This document shows, piece by piece, positions 39,901-51,006 of a DNA stretch of 64,000 nucleotides. Where the stretch lies: the NCBI GenBank assembly GCA_028705565.1, contig JAQWDH010000002.1, forward strand, positions 40,262 to 104,261, given 5' to 3'. Below the pieces are notes generated by a model. It did no database searches. It was given only the letters and a program-made list of their open reading frames with translations, and was not told where the DNA came from. Numbering within the stretch: the stretch's first letter is position 1; the number at the start of each line of letters is the position of its first letter. The translations under genes and the position numbers were made by a program. The stretch comes from Patescibacteria group bacterium (GTDB taxonomy: Bacteria > Patescibacteriota > Patescibacteriia > Magasanikbacterales > GWA2-37-8).

Positions 39901-39998
39901 GGACGATTTTTCACCGACTTTTCAAAACACTTGTTTTTATCCCAAAAATCAAGTATTTCTTCTTCGTTTTTTTTCGCGTCGTAAAGCATAGGTTGCAA
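36966..39998 (-). CDS. ileS: isoleucyl-tRNA synthetase (type 2-like)
   Basis: 1010 aa with HYGH (HIGH) and KMSKRLKN (KMSKS) motifs and editing-domain architecture. Confidence 0.95.
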   Translation of the reverse strand: MQPMLYDAKKNEEEILDFWDKNKCFEKSVKNRPEDKPYHFYDGPPFATGLPHYGHIVASLMKDIVPRYWTMRGFRVERRWGWDCHGLPVENIIEKELKLENKKDIEECGIEKFNEACRATVLKYANEWKKTIRRMGRWVDMENDYKTMDINFMESVWWVFKELWSKGLIYQGHKAMHICPHCATPLSNFEVTQNYKEMKDISVVVKFQITNFKSQINSKPQILNDKPIYILAWTTTPWTLPGNVLLAVNKNIKYQIVSIDGEDKNFILAKDRAEAILKNKEYKIIKEIDGSDLIGLEYDPLFSYFKNTPRAFKIVDADFVTTEEGTGVVHIAPAFGEDDYNVGRRENTPLVQHVTMEGKFTPEVVDFAGMEVKPKDDPSKADVEIIKWLAKENKLFSKESITHSYPLCWRCDAPLLNYATASWFVKIDDDFKKQLLKNNEKINWVPEHIKEGRFGKWLEGARDWAISRNRYWGTPLPVWLCQTGITNYQFSIFNESQNSKCDNMVAVGSVEELEKLSGQKIVDLHKHKIDDIEFKCEKCGGKMRRVPEVLDCWFESGSMPYGQAHYPFENKEKFENGFPAEFIAEGQDQTRGWFYTLHVLATALTSGAKPSIAVKESSPAFKNVIVNGIVLAEDGKKMSKRLKNYPEPDLILEKYGADALRYYFATSPVMEAESLNFSEAGAREMYNKVVNTLWNVVEFWKMFSERTTDNRPMPKNILDKWILAKLRILIKGTTKGMEEYKLADASRPILDFITELSQWYVRRSRDRFKGDDEEDKNAAIATLREVLLILSKVIAPFTPFLAEKVYREIKVADRGQNQFKESVHLEDWPEADECPSDKEILEQMNMARKIVEIGLAIRAEKEIKVKQPLQKLYVKDCVLPEEFKNIIADELNVKIVEYADEEENAIWKEDGDLKIGLDIEITLELKKEGLAREITRAINQIRKDKKLTMKDKVAVKIATDDELLKSVLVEFAEEIGKSVLAKEIKITEVKDGFTEAEVDKKRIFVKIISE

Positions 39999-40182
39999 AT
40001 TTTGACGATTTAAGATGGACGATGGACCATAAATTATAGACTATAGACCGCAGACCATAAACGATAAGACCTTCGCCCATCCTTGAAATTTTAATTTAAT
40101 TCACCCAAAATGTCAATTTTATGTATTGCTAAAAATATGCTATACTAATTTAAGCTTATTTATTCATAATTTTAATAAATTT

Positions 40183-40626
40183 ATGTTATACATCGCCTCG
40201 GACCACGCCGGTTTTCAACTCAAAAATTACATCACCAATTTTCTTAAAAATCAAACAAGCTCCGTGTTTAAAGATCTGGGACCAAAGGTCTTTAAAGAAG
40301 ACGACGACTATCCTGATTTTGCCTTTGCTTTGACAAAAGAAGTGGCTAAAAATAAAATTCACAAAGGAATTTTAATTTGCGGTTCAGGCCATGGAATGTG
40401 CATCGCCGCGAACAAAACCAAGGGCATCCGCGCGATTGAAGGATACAACATTCAAGGCACGGAAATGGGACGCAGGCACAATGACGCGAATGTGCTTTGT
40501 TTAGCAGGAAGAATTTTAAGCAATGAGCACGCCGCCGCCATTGCGCGCATATTTTTAGAAACAGAATTCGCTAAAGACCACCGATTTATGAGAAGAAATA
40601 AAAAAATCGCTGATTACGAAAAATAA
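40183..40626 (+). CDS. rpiB: ribose-5-phosphate isomerase B
   Basis: RpiB/LacAB motifs IASDHAGF and ICGSGHGM. Start set at the internal ATG at 40183. Confidence 0.85.
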   Translation: MLYIASDHAGFQLKNYITNFLKNQTSSVFKDLGPKVFKEDDDYPDFAFALTKEVAKNKIHKGILICGSGHGMCIAANKTKGIRAIEGYNIQGTEMGRRHNDANVLCLAGRILSNEHAAAIARIFLETEFAKDHRFMRRNKKIADYEK

Positions 40627-40628
40627 CT

Positions 40629-41294
40629 ATGATAATTCCGGCAATTCTTGTCAACACTTTCGGCGAATTTGAAACGCAAATAAAAAAAATGGAAAAAATT
40701 TTTACTCGCGTTCAAATTGACGTTATGGACGGTAAATTCACGCCGAACAAATCTTTCGCGGACGCGAAAAAAATTAACGGATTGAAAACAAAAATGAAAT
40801 ACGAGCTGCATTTGATGGTTGATAACCCTCTCGCGGAAATTAAAAAATGGAAAAAAGTAAAAAAAATTTATCGCGTCGTTTTTCACATTGAATCAAAAAG
40901 CTCCACGGAAAAAACAATTTCCGCTATTCGCAAACGCGGCTGGCAAGTCGGGATCGCCGTCAATTCGGAAACCCCGCTTGACAAAATCAAGCCATATCGC
41001 GGATTTGCTGATTTAATTTTATTTATGACAGCGCGTCCCGGCCGCCAAGGCGCGAATTTTTTGCCAAAAATGAAAGAAAAAATAAATAAATTTAAAAAAT
41101 TTTTAAACGAGCGAACGACCGAAAAAAATTCCAAAACTCCGGCAATTGCGGTTGACGGAGGTATAAAAAAGAGTAATATTGGTGATATAAAAAAGAGCGG
41201 AGCGGATATTTTTTACATTGGCAGCGCGCTTTCAATGGCGAAAGACGCGAAGCTCGCGTATAATACTCTTAAAAAAGAGCTCGCTAATTCGTAA
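40629..41294 (+). CDS. rpe: ribulose-phosphate 3-epimerase
   Basis: TIM-barrel Rpe pattern (DVMDGKFTPN, LHLMV, FH.E). Confidence 0.8.
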   Translation: MIIPAILVNTFGEFETQIKKMEKIFTRVQIDVMDGKFTPNKSFADAKKINGLKTKMKYELHLMVDNPLAEIKKWKKVKKIYRVVFHIESKSSTEKTISAIRKRGWQVGIAVNSETPLDKIKPYRGFADLILFMTARPGRQGANFLPKMKEKINKFKKFLNERTTEKNSKTPAIAVDGGIKKSNIGDIKKSGADIFYIGSALSMAKDAKLAYNTLKKELANS

Positions 41295-41304
41295 TTCAAT
41301 TTTT

Positions 41305-42255
41305 ATGCACGATCTTATTATTATCGGCGCGGCGGCGGCCGGAAACAGCGCGGCAATTTACGCGGCAAGAAGAAAACTGAGTTTTAAAATTATAACCGAC
41401 AATATCGGCGGCGAGGTCGCTTTGTCCGGAGTAATTAATAACTGGCCCGGTATGCCGGGCGTAAAAGGATACGAACTCGCGCAAAAATTCGCGGAACACG
41501 CCAAATCTGCCGGAGCGACAATTGATGTCGGCTGGAAAGTTGAAAAAATTTATCAGGAAAAAAATTATTTGGCGGTCGCGGCAAAAAACGCGATAGGCGA
41601 AGAAAAAATTGAATACGCGAAATCAATAATTATCGCCAGCGGCGTGCGTCCGCGCAAACTTATGGTTCCTGGTGAAGCGGAATTAAACCGTAAAGGCGTG
41701 ACATATTGCACTGTTTGCGACGGTCCTCTTTTCAAAAATAAAATAACCGCTACCGTGGGTTCCGGAAACGCCGCTTTGGAATCCGCTTTAATGATGGATA
41801 AAATCGCTAAAAAAGCTTATTTGATAAGCAAATATCCAAATACCAAGGAATCAAAAGGCGGTTTTCCAAAAGGCGAAGATGTCTTAATAGAAAAAGTAAA
41901 ATCGCTCGCGAATGTGGAAATAATTTATGGAGCGATAACAACCGAGATTATCGGAAAAGAAAAAGTTGAGGGTCTGAAATATAAAAATGAAATCGGCGAA
42001 GAAAAAACAATCGCTTTGGACGGAATTTTGACACACGCCGGTCAAGTTCCTAATTCGCAATTTATTGATTGCGCTGAAAAAGATAAAACCGGACAAATAA
42101 TAATTGATGAAAAATGCCGGACTTCTTGTCTCGGAATTTTCGCCGCCGGAGACGTAACGAATGTTCCATACAAACAAATCGGAATCGCCGTAGGTCAAGG
42201 CATCATCGCCTCCCTCGCGGCAATTGAACATATCAACAAGTGGCGGGATTCATAA
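41305..42255 (+). CDS. trxB: thioredoxin-disulfide reductase-like FAD/NAD(P) oxidoreductase
   Basis: N-terminal GAAAAG FAD motif and redox-active CTVCDG. Start set at the internal ATG at 41305. Confidence 0.75.
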   Translation: MHDLIIIGAAAAGNSAAIYAARRKLSFKIITDNIGGEVALSGVINNWPGMPGVKGYELAQKFAEHAKSAGATIDVGWKVEKIYQEKNYLAVAAKNAIGEEKIEYAKSIIIASGVRPRKLMVPGEAELNRKGVTYCTVCDGPLFKNKITATVGSGNAALESALMMDKIAKKAYLISKYPNTKESKGGFPKGEDVLIEKVKSLANVEIIYGAITTEIIGKEKVEGLKYKNEIGEEKTIALDGILTHAGQVPNSQFIDCAEKDKTGQIIIDEKCRTSCLGIFAAGDVTNVPYKQIGIAVGQGIIASLAAIEHINKWRDS

Positions 42256-42322
42256 ACTTTTATTATTCGCCTTGGGATTACCACTCTTCGCTCGCAATGA
42301 CATTATTCATAATTTATAAACT

Positions 42323-42643
42323 ATGTCTCCACTTTCTTCTCTATTTTATTTTCTTCCGCTGCCGATTATTGATGTCGTGATGAATATCACGGCCGGACTC
42401 GGGGCGGTGCTTATCGCTTACGCTATTTTTTTGGAAGCCGAACGCCGGCAAGACGCGATTTTAACAATCGGAGCTGGTTGTCTTTTTATTTACGCGCTTT
42501 GGATAGGAAACAAAATTTTTACAGTCGCGATGGGCGGTATGGCAATAGCGGCATTCCTGGAACTTTTAGAAATTATGCTGGGACGACACGAGCACAGTGT
42601 GGAAATGGTGGAAGATTATAAAAAACCAAGCGGAAAACTTTAA
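42323..42643 (+). CDS. hypothetical small membrane protein
   Basis: Three predicted hydrophobic helices. Confidence 0.4.
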   Translation: MSPLSSLFYFLPLPIIDVVMNITAGLGAVLIAYAIFLEAERRQDAILTIGAGCLFIYALWIGNKIFTVAMGGMAIAAFLELLEIMLGRHEHSVEMVEDYKKPSGKL

Positions 42644-42662
42644 ATGGATAAATCTTATTTTT

Positions 42663-43649
42663 ATGTTTAATTTGATCACTATCGGCGATATTGTAATTGA
42701 TACTCACGTTAAAATTGATGACGCTTCCATAGAATGCGATTTAAGCCATATCAGTTGCAAACTTTGCCTTAATTACGCGGCAAAAATTCCCATTACTGAC
42801 AGTTTTCAATCTCTTGGCGGAAATGCCGCTAATGTTGCTGTCGGAGCGTCAAAACTCGGTTTGAAAACCGCAATTTTAAGTTCAATCGGCAAAGACAGCA
42901 ATGGAAAAACGATTTTGCAAGAATTAAAAAAACTAAAAATCAATACCGGCTTTGTAACCGAATACGCGAACGTAAAAACCCGCTACGCCGTGATTTTAAA
43001 TTTCAAAAGTGAGAGAACCATTCTTTCTTTTCATCAAAAAAGAAACTACGTCATGCCGAAAAAAATGCCGGCTTCAAATTGGATTTACTACACGAGTTTA
43101 AGCGAGGGGTTTGAAAACTTGCAGGACAAGCTTGTTGAATTTTTAAACAATCATCCGACCGCGCGTTTGGCTTTTAACCCCGGGTCTTTTCAGATAAAAA
43201 ATAATTTAAAAAAAGTCAAAGAAATTCTCCCAAAAACAGATTTGCTTTTCGTGAATTTGGAAGAAGCTGAAAAAATATCCGGAACGACTTTAAAAAAAGA
43301 AAAAGCTGAAGCTTCTTTAATAAAAAAACTTTTGGCAACTGGCGCGAAAGAAATTGTTATTACGAACGCCGAACGAGGCGCGTGGGCCGGCAATAAAGAA
43401 AAAATTTGGCATTTGGACAGCTACCAAGTAAAAGTTATCGCCAAAACCGGAGCCGGAGATTCGTTTTCCGCCGGATATCTTTCCGCGCGTTTTTACGGAC
43501 GCGATATTTCCGAAGCGTTAAAATGGGGTATGGCAAACAGTTCAAGCGTCATCGGACAGGTTGGCGCGCAAAAAGGTCTGCTGAATAAAAACGGAATTAA
43601 AAAAATGACGGAAAAATTCTCCGCCATAAAACCGATTGAGCTTGTTTGA
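42663..43649 (+). CDS. PfkB-family carbohydrate/nucleoside kinase (ribokinase-like)
   Basis: GGNAANVAVG and C-terminal GAGDSF motifs. Confidence 0.7.
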   Translation: MFNLITIGDIVIDTHVKIDDASIECDLSHISCKLCLNYAAKIPITDSFQSLGGNAANVAVGASKLGLKTAILSSIGKDSNGKTILQELKKLKINTGFVTEYANVKTRYAVILNFKSERTILSFHQKRNYVMPKKMPASNWIYYTSLSEGFENLQDKLVEFLNNHPTARLAFNPGSFQIKNNLKKVKEILPKTDLLFVNLEEAEKISGTTLKKEKAEASLIKKLLATGAKEIVITNAERGAWAGNKEKIWHLDSYQVKVIAKTGAGDSFSAGYLSARFYGRDISEALKWGMANSSSVIGQVGAQKGLLNKNGIKKMTEKFSAIKPIELV

Positions 43650-44165
43650 TTACAAAATTTTTAAAATTTCTTTTCCCCACGCTTCCGCTGACTTTGGTCC
43701 GTCGGCAGTAATGATTTTTCCATCCTTCACAACCGGTTCGCGTATATATTCCGCGCCGGCGGCATATAAAATTTTATCCAGTTCATTGTCGCCGTTCCAG
43801 CCTGCGGCTTTTTTGTTTTTTAAAACACCGGCATTCGCCAAAATGCGCGTGGAAATACAAATTGCCCCAAACGCTTTTCCGGAGGAGGAAGCTTCGCGTA
43901 AAATTTTATACGATTTTTCGTTGTCCAAACAATCCATCGCGCCAGGACCGCCAATAAAAAAAACGCCGTCGTAATCCGCGGCGCGCGCGTCTTCTAAAAG
44001 TATATCCACTTCGGCTTTATCGTTCGTATAAGCGGCTTTGGCAATACCGACTTTATCGCTCGCGGTGTAAACCAGCGTTCCGTTTTCTTCCAAAATCCTT
44101 TTCGTCATGCCATATTCAATCGGCTGAAAATCTTTTGAAGAAATAACGAGCAACGCTTTTTTCAT
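43650..44165 (-). CDS. DJ-1/PfpI family protein
   Basis: About 170 aa with a DJ-1/PfpI-like layout, including a nucleophile-elbow cysteine context (GAICIS). Confidence 0.6.
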   Translation of the reverse strand: MKKALLVISSKDFQPIEYGMTKRILEENGTLVYTASDKVGIAKAAYTNDKAEVDILLEDARAADYDGVFFIGGPGAMDCLDNEKSYKILREASSSGKAFGAICISTRILANAGVLKNKKAAGWNGDNELDKILYAAGAEYIREPVVKDGKIITADGPKSAEAWGKEILKIL

Positions 44166-44172
44166 AATAAAT

Positions 44173-44898
44173 TTAATCAAAAAAATTCATTTTCGCTGGC
44201 AAATGTATTCCTCTCATTCTGTTTAAATCCTGTTTGCGACCCAAAAAAAATTCAACTGACTGTTTTACGTCTTCACAACGGACATCCGGCCCGAGGCAGC
44301 AAAGCCCCTGCTCAAATTTTTCTATCACGGACAAAATTTCATTTTTAACCGTTTCATGTTCTGCCTCTTGCTCTGCCAAAAAACGCAACTTTTCCAAACC
44401 GCTTTTTATTTCTTCCAAAGCCGCTTCATACTCATTTACTTTCTTTTCGTATTTTTGACGCTCCAAACCCTGCACCGCTCTTTTGGAATATTTGCGCAGC
44501 TTTCTTCGCGTATCTATCAAAGCCGGCGTCAATTCCATTCTTTCCGCTTCGGTAAAAAACACAGCCGGTCCGCCGGTAATCAAATCTTCAAAAGTCCCTC
44601 CATACAATTTGAATTCCGCGTATTTTTCACGTAAATCCGAAGAAAGCATTGGGAGTAAAAAATTTTCGCCGGCCTGTTTTTCCGTCGCGGATAAAAATTC
44701 CTCATACGCTTTTTTCCACGGCCAAAAATGATAACCGAATTCCATCAATTCGTTTTCAATATTAATTGAGTTCACTCCGCCTGACGGACTGTCAAGATAC
44801 GCCAAAACAACCCGCGCCCGTTTTGTTTTTTCCGGCGGAAATAAAGGCGGCAATTCTGAAAATATTTTACGAAAAATTAAAGCGGTTGAATTGGACAT
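44173..44898 (-). CDS. hypothetical protein
   Basis: ORF only. Confidence 0.35.
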   Translation of the reverse strand: MSNSTALIFRKIFSELPPLFPPEKTKRARVVLAYLDSPSGGVNSINIENELMEFGYHFWPWKKAYEEFLSATEKQAGENFLLPMLSSDLREKYAEFKLYGGTFEDLITGGPAVFFTEAERMELTPALIDTRRKLRKYSKRAVQGLERQKYEKKVNEYEAALEEIKSGLEKLRFLAEQEAEHETVKNEILSVIEKFEQGLCCLGPDVRCEDVKQSVEFFLGRKQDLNRMRGIHLPAKMNFFD

Positions 44899-44901
44899 GT
44901 G

Positions 44902-45360
44902 TTATAAAATTACATACATCGCTATACCGGCGGCGACGCTTACATTTAAGCTGTTCTTTTTTCCGCGCATTGGAATTTCAATTGAACCGCCGCAATATTT
45001 TAACAAACTTTTCGGCACGCCTGTTTTTTCATTGCCTACCACCAAAGCTAAAGGAAATTTTGGCTTAAAACGAAATAAATCAACGCTGTTTTTCGTTTGT
45101 TCCAATGCAATTATATTATACCCTATTTTTTTCAATTCTTTAAGCAAGGTTCCGGCGCGTTTGCAATACTCCCATTTTATCCATTTTTCAGCGCCTAAAG
45201 AAACCTTGTCCACCTGCGGATGCGGTGGACACGGCGTATAACCGGTCAAAAACAACTTGTCCGCTCCTACACCGTCGGCTGTCCTGAAAATCGCTCCGAC
45301 ATTATGTCCGCTGCGTATATTAGGCAAAACCAAAACAAACTTTTCGGTAATTTTTTTCAT
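44902..45360 (-). CDS. SpoU/TrmH-family RNA 2'-O-methyltransferase
   Basis: SPOUT motifs (VGAIFRTA, LVVGNEKTG, IEIPM.G...SLNVSVAAGI). Confidence 0.75.
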   Translation of the reverse strand: MKKITEKFVLVLPNIRSGHNVGAIFRTADGVGADKLFLTGYTPCPPHPQVDKVSLGAEKWIKWEYCKRAGTLLKELKKIGYNIIALEQTKNSVDLFRFKPKFPLALVVGNEKTGVPKSLLKYCGGSIEIPMRGKKNSLNVSVAAGIAMYVIL

Positions 45361-45422
45361 AATTTTTTTTCATTTTTTCGTTTCGTATTTTCGTACCTTT
45401 GGTAGTTCGCGCATTATTTATA

Positions 45423-45950
45423 TTATTTTAATTTTCTAATCCACCAGCTCTGCGCTGAACAAAAAGCCGCGGCAAGCGCGTCAGCCGCGTCATCGGATTT
45501 TATTTTTTCTTTTATTCCCAAAGTAATCGCTGTCATTTTTTGCATTTGCGATTTTTCCGCCCGACCATACCCTGTTATCGCCTGTTTTATCTGTAAAGGA
45601 GTAAATTCGTCCACGGAAACGCCGTTTTCAACCGCCGTCAATAAAATAACGCCTCTGGCTTCGCTTACTTTTATAGCTGTTTTTAAATTTTTGAAAAAAA
45701 ATAAATCCTCCACTGCGATTCGCGCTGGTTTATATTTTTTTATGATGCGTTCCAATTCCAAATGAAGTTCCATTAGCCGGTCTTTAAAATCTTTTTTCGC
45801 GGAAGTTTCAATACAGCCATAGTCAACCGCCTTCCATTGCCCTGCGGTTTTGCGGATAACCCCGTATCCGGTTCTCCCGAAACCGGGGTCAATGCCTAAA
45901 ATAACTTCCGGAGTTTCAGTTCCGCGCGTTCGTAATTTTTGCGAAGGCAT
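45423..45950 (-). CDS. ruvC: crossover junction endodeoxyribonuclease RuvC
   Basis: RuvC N-terminus ILGIDPGFGRTGYGVI and catalytic acidic residues. Confidence 0.85.
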   Translation of the reverse strand: MPSQKLRTRGTETPEVILGIDPGFGRTGYGVIRKTAGQWKAVDYGCIETSAKKDFKDRLMELHLELERIIKKYKPARIAVEDLFFFKNLKTAIKVSEARGVILLTAVENGVSVDEFTPLQIKQAITGYGRAEKSQMQKMTAITLGIKEKIKSDDAADALAAAFCSAQSWWIRKLK

Positions 45951-46029
45951 AACTTGTTTTTAATTTTAAAATCCAAATTTTAAAATAATTTTTAATTTTA
46001 TAATTTTTAATTTTATAAATAAATCTTTC

Positions 46030-46165
46030 CGCCCCATCATCCGACGGGGTAAACTCCAATTGTTGTCATTCCCGCGAAAGCGGGAATCCATCGTCCGATT
46101 ATATGGATTCCCGCTTTCGCGGGAATGACAGAATGAACGATTTTCGTTATTCGGCGACAGCCCCT
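46030..46165. mobile_element. Second MITE-family copy, 5'-truncated, carrying gtcattcccgcgaaagcgggaatccat...atggattcccgctttcgcgggaatgaca and the right TIR
   Basis: Near-identical to 13560-13692. The spurious ORF 46037..46342 is its translation (IPAKAGIH...IPAFAGMT). Confidence 0.65.
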
Positions 46166-46193
46166 CAAAATGACAACTGCATCCATCGTCCGC

Positions 46194-46916
46194 CTACTCC
46201 GCGTTGGTAAAATAATTGTCCACGTCTTCGTTCGCTTCCAGATCGCCAAATAATCTTTCCAATTTCTCGCGGACATCATCGGATACCGATATTTTTTCTT
46301 TTGCCACCCATTCCAAACCGGATTCCGCGACTTCCATTCCAAATTCTTTAATTTTATTTAAAACTTTTTGAAAATTTTCCGTCTTAGTTCTTACTTCAAC
46401 AAATTCTTCGTCTTCAATAATGTCCTCGGCTCCACTCTCTATCAAACCCAATTCTTTTTCTTCTTTATTTTCCAAAAAACGCGCTCGGCTGATTTTCACG
46501 ACGCCCAAAAGACGGAACATCCATTGAACGCTGCCGGCGCCGCCCATTGAACCGACGTTATCGGAAAGAATGTGTTTAATATCGGAAATTGCGCGATTTT
46601 TATTATCGGTCAAAACTTTTATCAAAATTGCCACGCCCCCCGGACCGAATGCCTCATACATTATTTCTTCAATCTGCGCGCCCTCCAATTCTCCTGTGCC
46701 GCGTTTTATCGCCCTTTCAATATTTTCTTTGGGCATATTGTTTTCTTTGGCTTTCTCAACCGCCAAACGCAAAGAAAAATTGGAGAGAATGTCTCCGCCG
46801 CCGGCGCGCGCTGTGATGGAAATCGCTTTTCCTAATTTAGTGAATAAATTTCCGCGCAAAGCGTCTTGTTTTCCTTTCCGCGCCTGTATATTGTGCCACT
46901 TGGAATGACCTGACAT
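46194..46916 (-). CDS. yebC: YebC/PmpR family DNA-binding transcriptional regulator
   Basis: MSGHSKWHNIQ..KGKQD, the YebC N-terminal signature. Confidence 0.85.
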   Translation of the reverse strand: MSGHSKWHNIQARKGKQDALRGNLFTKLGKAISITARAGGGDILSNFSLRLAVEKAKENNMPKENIERAIKRGTGELEGAQIEEIMYEAFGPGGVAILIKVLTDNKNRAISDIKHILSDNVGSMGGAGSVQWMFRLLGVVKISRARFLENKEEKELGLIESGAEDIIEDEEFVEVRTKTENFQKVLNKIKEFGMEVAESGLEWVAKEKISVSDDVREKLERLFGDLEANEDVDNYFTNAE

Positions 46917-47052
46917 AATTCTGATTTAATTTTTAAATTTTAAATTTTTGTTCATTTTGTCATTGGACATTGGTCATTGGAACTTGATTATTACTCTCCC
47001 GCTTAGGTGGGCGAGTATATTATATCTTTTCCAGCTGAAAAATCAAGAAACA

Positions 47053-47080
47053 AAAAATCCCGATTTAATCGGGATTTTTT
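47053..47080 (-). terminator. rho-independent terminator downstream of rpoC (aaaaatcccgattt/aatcgggatttttt)
   Basis: Perfect hairpin flanked by A- and T-runs; bidirectional. Confidence 0.7.
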
Positions 47081-47088
47081 GCTTAAAA

Positions 47089-50000
47089 TTATTTTTTAAA
47101 GCCAGTTCCGACAGGAATCAAACGGCCGATAATCACGTTTTCTTTCAATCCTTCCAAATAATCAACCTTGCCGGTGATTGCGGAATTTATCAACACCCTC
47201 GCTGTTTCCTGAAACGAAGCCGCGGAAAGAAAACTCTGCGTGGACAAAGCTACTTTACTTACACCCATAAACAATTCGCGTCCGACCGCCTTGTGTCCGT
47301 TGTTCTTTGCCGCCAATCTGTTCGCGTATTCCAACTGCGCTTTTTCCAAAACTTCTCCCGGCAACAAATCCGTGTCGCCGGCATCTTCAATATAAACCCT
47401 GCTGAACATCTGACGAATCAAAAGCTCAACGTGTTTGTCATTCACTTTCTGTCCTTGCGAAGAATAAATATTTTGGACTTCTTTCAAAATATATCTTTGG
47501 ACTTCAGCGCGGCCTTTAAGTTCAAAAAGTTGATTAAGATTGATACTGCCATCGGTCAAACAGTCGCCTTTTTCCGCCATCTCTCCATCTTTAACAATTA
47601 ATTTATATTCAAGAGGAATAATATATTCGCGCGTGTGAGGGCCGGTATAAGCCAATGTGATGGTGTTTTTTCCGACCTTCACTTTACCGTTGTATTTGGC
47701 TTTGATTTCTTCGCCATCGCTGCCTCTCACAAGCATCACCTGTCCCTCAACAACATCATCGCCGTCTTTTACGGTGATTTCATCAACGGCCGCGAATTTT
47801 ATCTTCATTTCGTCCATGCCTTCAAAATGTATATGAACGATTTTTTGTCCGCGTCGTCCTTCAAAAATTTTCTTGCCTGCCGGAGAAGTGATAATCTTTC
47901 CGTCCGCGTCTTCAATTTCAACTTTGCCGGACACATCGGTTAAAACAGCGGCGTATTTCGGATTTCTGGCTTCAAATAATTCTTCAACGCGAGGCAAACC
48001 TTGCGTGATATCTCCGCCTCCGGCGACGCCACCCGTGTGGAAGGTTCTCATTGTAAGCTGAGTGCCGGGCTCGCCGATGGATTGCGCGGCGATGATGCCG
48101 ACAGCAGTACCGATTTCCGCCGGCTTGTTATAAGCCAAATTATTTCCGTAACATTTGCGGCAAACGCCCTTATTCATTTTACATTGCAAAACGCTTCTCA
48201 CATGGACTGATTTTATTTTATGATCTTCAATCGCGCGCGCCGATTGATCGTCAACTATTTCTCCGGCTTTCACGATTATTTTATTTCCGTCTTTTACTGT
48301 TTCCAAAACATATCTGCCCCACACGCGGTCTGATAATTTTTCCCCCATAATTTCCGACTGTTCGGCGGTAAATATCTCGCCTATCGCGTCTCCACAATCA
48401 TCTTCCAAAACAACCACATCTTGAGAAACATCAACCAAACGGCGGGTAAGATAACCGGCGTTTGCTGTTCGCAAAGCTGTATCAGTGAGACCTTTTCTTG
48501 TGCCGTGAGAAGATATAAAGTATTCCAACACGTCAAATCCTTCTTTAAAATTACCTTTTACAGGCAATTCAATAATGTCTCCCGAGGGAGATGCCACCAA
48601 CCCTTTCATACCGATAACTTGCCCGAGCTGTCCCCAACTGCCTCTCGCGCCAGAATCAATCATCGCGAACACGGAACTGTTTTTGTCCAAAACATTTTGA
48701 CTGTTCGCGACTATCCTGTTTTTTCCTTCTGTCCAAACTTCAATAATTTTCGCGTAGCGTTCGCTTTGGGTAAGCAAACCCTCTTGATACTGCTCTTCCA
48801 CGAGTTTTATCATTTCTTCACATTCTTTCAAAATGGCCGGTTTCTCTATATTTGCCGGGAAGTCGTCCATTCCGAGAGAATATCCTGATTTTGTGACATA
48901 TTTATATCCCAAATTTTTAAGCTCGTCCAAAAATTCCGCGACTTCTTTTTGGCTGTAAAGTTCAAGACAAAGCCGGATGATGTGCGCCAATTTTTTAACA
49001 TTTATAACCTCGTTAAAAAATGGAAGTTTGGACGGAATAATTTCATTGAATAAAATTCTGCCCGCTGTCGTCTCTATCATCGCTTCCTGATTTTCCGGAA
49101 ATTTTTCCAAATTGCCGAACCTTACTTTGATAGGTTCGTGAATTTCAATTTGGCGTTTTTTATAAGCCAACAACGCTTCCTTTTCAGAACCGAAATATTT
49201 TTTCGTTTCACCGGTCTTTACGCCATTTATTAGTTTCGTGAGATAAAAACACCCGAGAGCAATGTCCTGTTTCGGAGTGATAACAGGGTGGCCGGTGGCC
49301 GGTTTGAGAAGATTTTTTTCCGCAGCCATAAAATTTTCCGCCTCTTCTCTCGCCTCCAAAGTCAAAGGCAAATGCACCGCCATTTGGTCTCCGTCAAAGT
49401 CGGCGTTAAAAGCCGTGCAGACCAAAGGATGCAATTGTATGGCCTTGCCTTCAATAAGCCGAGGATGAAACGCTTGAATGCCGAGACGATGCAAAGTCGG
49501 AGCGCGGTTTAAAAGCACGCGCGTTGTCTTGGTCAACTCTTCCAATATATTCCAAACCTCGTCGCATTCCGACTCAATGACACGGGACGCGCTGCGAACA
49601 TTATGCGCCAAATCCATTTTAATTATTTTACTGATGATAAACGGTTTAAAAAGTTCCAACGCCATCCGTTTCGGCAAACCGCATTCATCTATATTCAAAT
49701 TCGGACCGACCACAATAACTGAACGGCCGGAATAATCCACGCGCTTGCCAAGAAGATTCTGACGGAAACGACCCTGTTTGCCTTTTAATATATCGGCCAA
49801 AGAACGCAGTTGTCTCTTCTGCCCCGTGGAGGCGGTAACGGTTTTTGAATGACGGGCGCTGTTGTCTATAAGCGCATCCACAGCTTCTTGAAGCATTCTT
49901 TTTTCATTGCGACAAATAACCTCCGGCGCGTTTAATTCCATTAAACGGCGCAATCTGTTGTTGCGGTTAATCACGCGGCGATATAAATCGTTCAAATCCG

Positions 50001-50958
50001 AAGTAGCGTAACGTCCGCCTTCCAAGGCGACCATCGGACGCAAATCCGGAGGAATAACCGGAATAATTTTTAAAACCATCCACTCCGGTCTTATTTTATT
50101 GACAAACAAACTTTTTAATAATTTTTTTCTTCGTATCATTCTTTCCAATTTTGACCCTTTGGCGCTCTCTTGCTCTTCCCCGAGTTTCTTAATTGTTTCT
50201 TCCAAATTCACTCTTTCCAAAAGCCCGTGTATCGCCTCCGCGCCGATTGAAGCCGTAAATAAATGCCCGAAACGCAAAGATAATTCTTGGTATTTGTTTT
50301 CGGAAACAACTCTCAAAAGTTGTATGTCTTTCAATTCTTTATCGGCTTGCTGGAAATCTTCTTCCAATGCTTTTTGTTTTCGCTCGCTTTCGGTTTGTAT
50401 TTTTTCTAAAACTTTCATTCCGGCTTTTTTATCATTCGCTTCTTTTATTTCTTTTTCACAATCCTTTTCAATCTGTTTCTTCTTTGTTTTATATTCCTGA
50501 CGCAACGCTTCAAATGTTTCTTTTTTTCCTTCTTCATCAACATGTGTGATTATAAAAGAAGCGAAATACATCACTTTTTCAAGCGCCTGCACCGACAAAT
50601 CCAAAATCAAACCGATTTTTGAAGGCACGGAACGAAGAAACCAAATATGAGCGACTGGCACAGCGAGCGTGATATGACCCATTCGTTCGCGACGAACCAA
50701 AGAATTGGTGACTTCCACTCCGCATTTGTCGCAGACGATTCCTTTGTAGCGAATTTTTTTGTATTTTCCGCAATAACACTCCCAATCCTTGGAAGGACCG
50801 AATATTTCTTCGGCGAAAAGTCCGCCTTTTTCCGGTTTTTGAGTGCGATAATTTATCGTCTCCGGCTTATTCACTTCTCCGTGCGACCAAGAAATAATCG
50901 CTTCCGGCGAAGCCACTTTCAATCTCATGGCGTTAAAATCTTCAGTGTTGCGGTTCAT
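47089..50958 (-). CDS. rpoC: DNA-directed RNA polymerase subunit beta'
   Basis: 1289 aa with NADFDGD catalytic motif and zinc-binding cysteines. Confidence 0.98.
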   Translation of the reverse strand: MNRNTEDFNAMRLKVASPEAIISWSHGEVNKPETINYRTQKPEKGGLFAEEIFGPSKDWECYCGKYKKIRYKGIVCDKCGVEVTNSLVRRERMGHITLAVPVAHIWFLRSVPSKIGLILDLSVQALEKVMYFASFIITHVDEEGKKETFEALRQEYKTKKKQIEKDCEKEIKEANDKKAGMKVLEKIQTESERKQKALEEDFQQADKELKDIQLLRVVSENKYQELSLRFGHLFTASIGAEAIHGLLERVNLEETIKKLGEEQESAKGSKLERMIRRKKLLKSLFVNKIRPEWMVLKIIPVIPPDLRPMVALEGGRYATSDLNDLYRRVINRNNRLRRLMELNAPEVICRNEKRMLQEAVDALIDNSARHSKTVTASTGQKRQLRSLADILKGKQGRFRQNLLGKRVDYSGRSVIVVGPNLNIDECGLPKRMALELFKPFIISKIIKMDLAHNVRSASRVIESECDEVWNILEELTKTTRVLLNRAPTLHRLGIQAFHPRLIEGKAIQLHPLVCTAFNADFDGDQMAVHLPLTLEAREEAENFMAAEKNLLKPATGHPVITPKQDIALGCFYLTKLINGVKTGETKKYFGSEKEALLAYKKRQIEIHEPIKVRFGNLEKFPENQEAMIETTAGRILFNEIIPSKLPFFNEVINVKKLAHIIRLCLELYSQKEVAEFLDELKNLGYKYVTKSGYSLGMDDFPANIEKPAILKECEEMIKLVEEQYQEGLLTQSERYAKIIEVWTEGKNRIVANSQNVLDKNSSVFAMIDSGARGSWGQLGQVIGMKGLVASPSGDIIELPVKGNFKEGFDVLEYFISSHGTRKGLTDTALRTANAGYLTRRLVDVSQDVVVLEDDCGDAIGEIFTAEQSEIMGEKLSDRVWGRYVLETVKDGNKIIVKAGEIVDDQSARAIEDHKIKSVHVRSVLQCKMNKGVCRKCYGNNLAYNKPAEIGTAVGIIAAQSIGEPGTQLTMRTFHTGGVAGGGDITQGLPRVEELFEARNPKYAAVLTDVSGKVEIEDADGKIITSPAGKKIFEGRRGQKIVHIHFEGMDEMKIKFAAVDEITVKDGDDVVEGQVMLVRGSDGEEIKAKYNGKVKVGKNTITLAYTGPHTREYIIPLEYKLIVKDGEMAEKGDCLTDGSINLNQLFELKGRAEVQRYILKEVQNIYSSQGQKVNDKHVELLIRQMFSRVYIEDAGDTDLLPGEVLEKAQLEYANRLAAKNNGHKAVGRELFMGVSKVALSTQSFLSAASFQETARVLINSAITGKVDYLEGLKENVIIGRLIPVGTGFKK

Positions 50959-51006
50959 ATTTTTTTCAAATTAATTATTTTAAAATTATTTAATCTTGTC
51001 TTTCTT

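Noticed and set aside
46037-46342. ORF (101 aa) overlapping the end of yebC
   Set aside because: It is the six-frame translation of the MITE-like palindromic repeat (IPAKAGIH...IPAFAGMT), not a gene.
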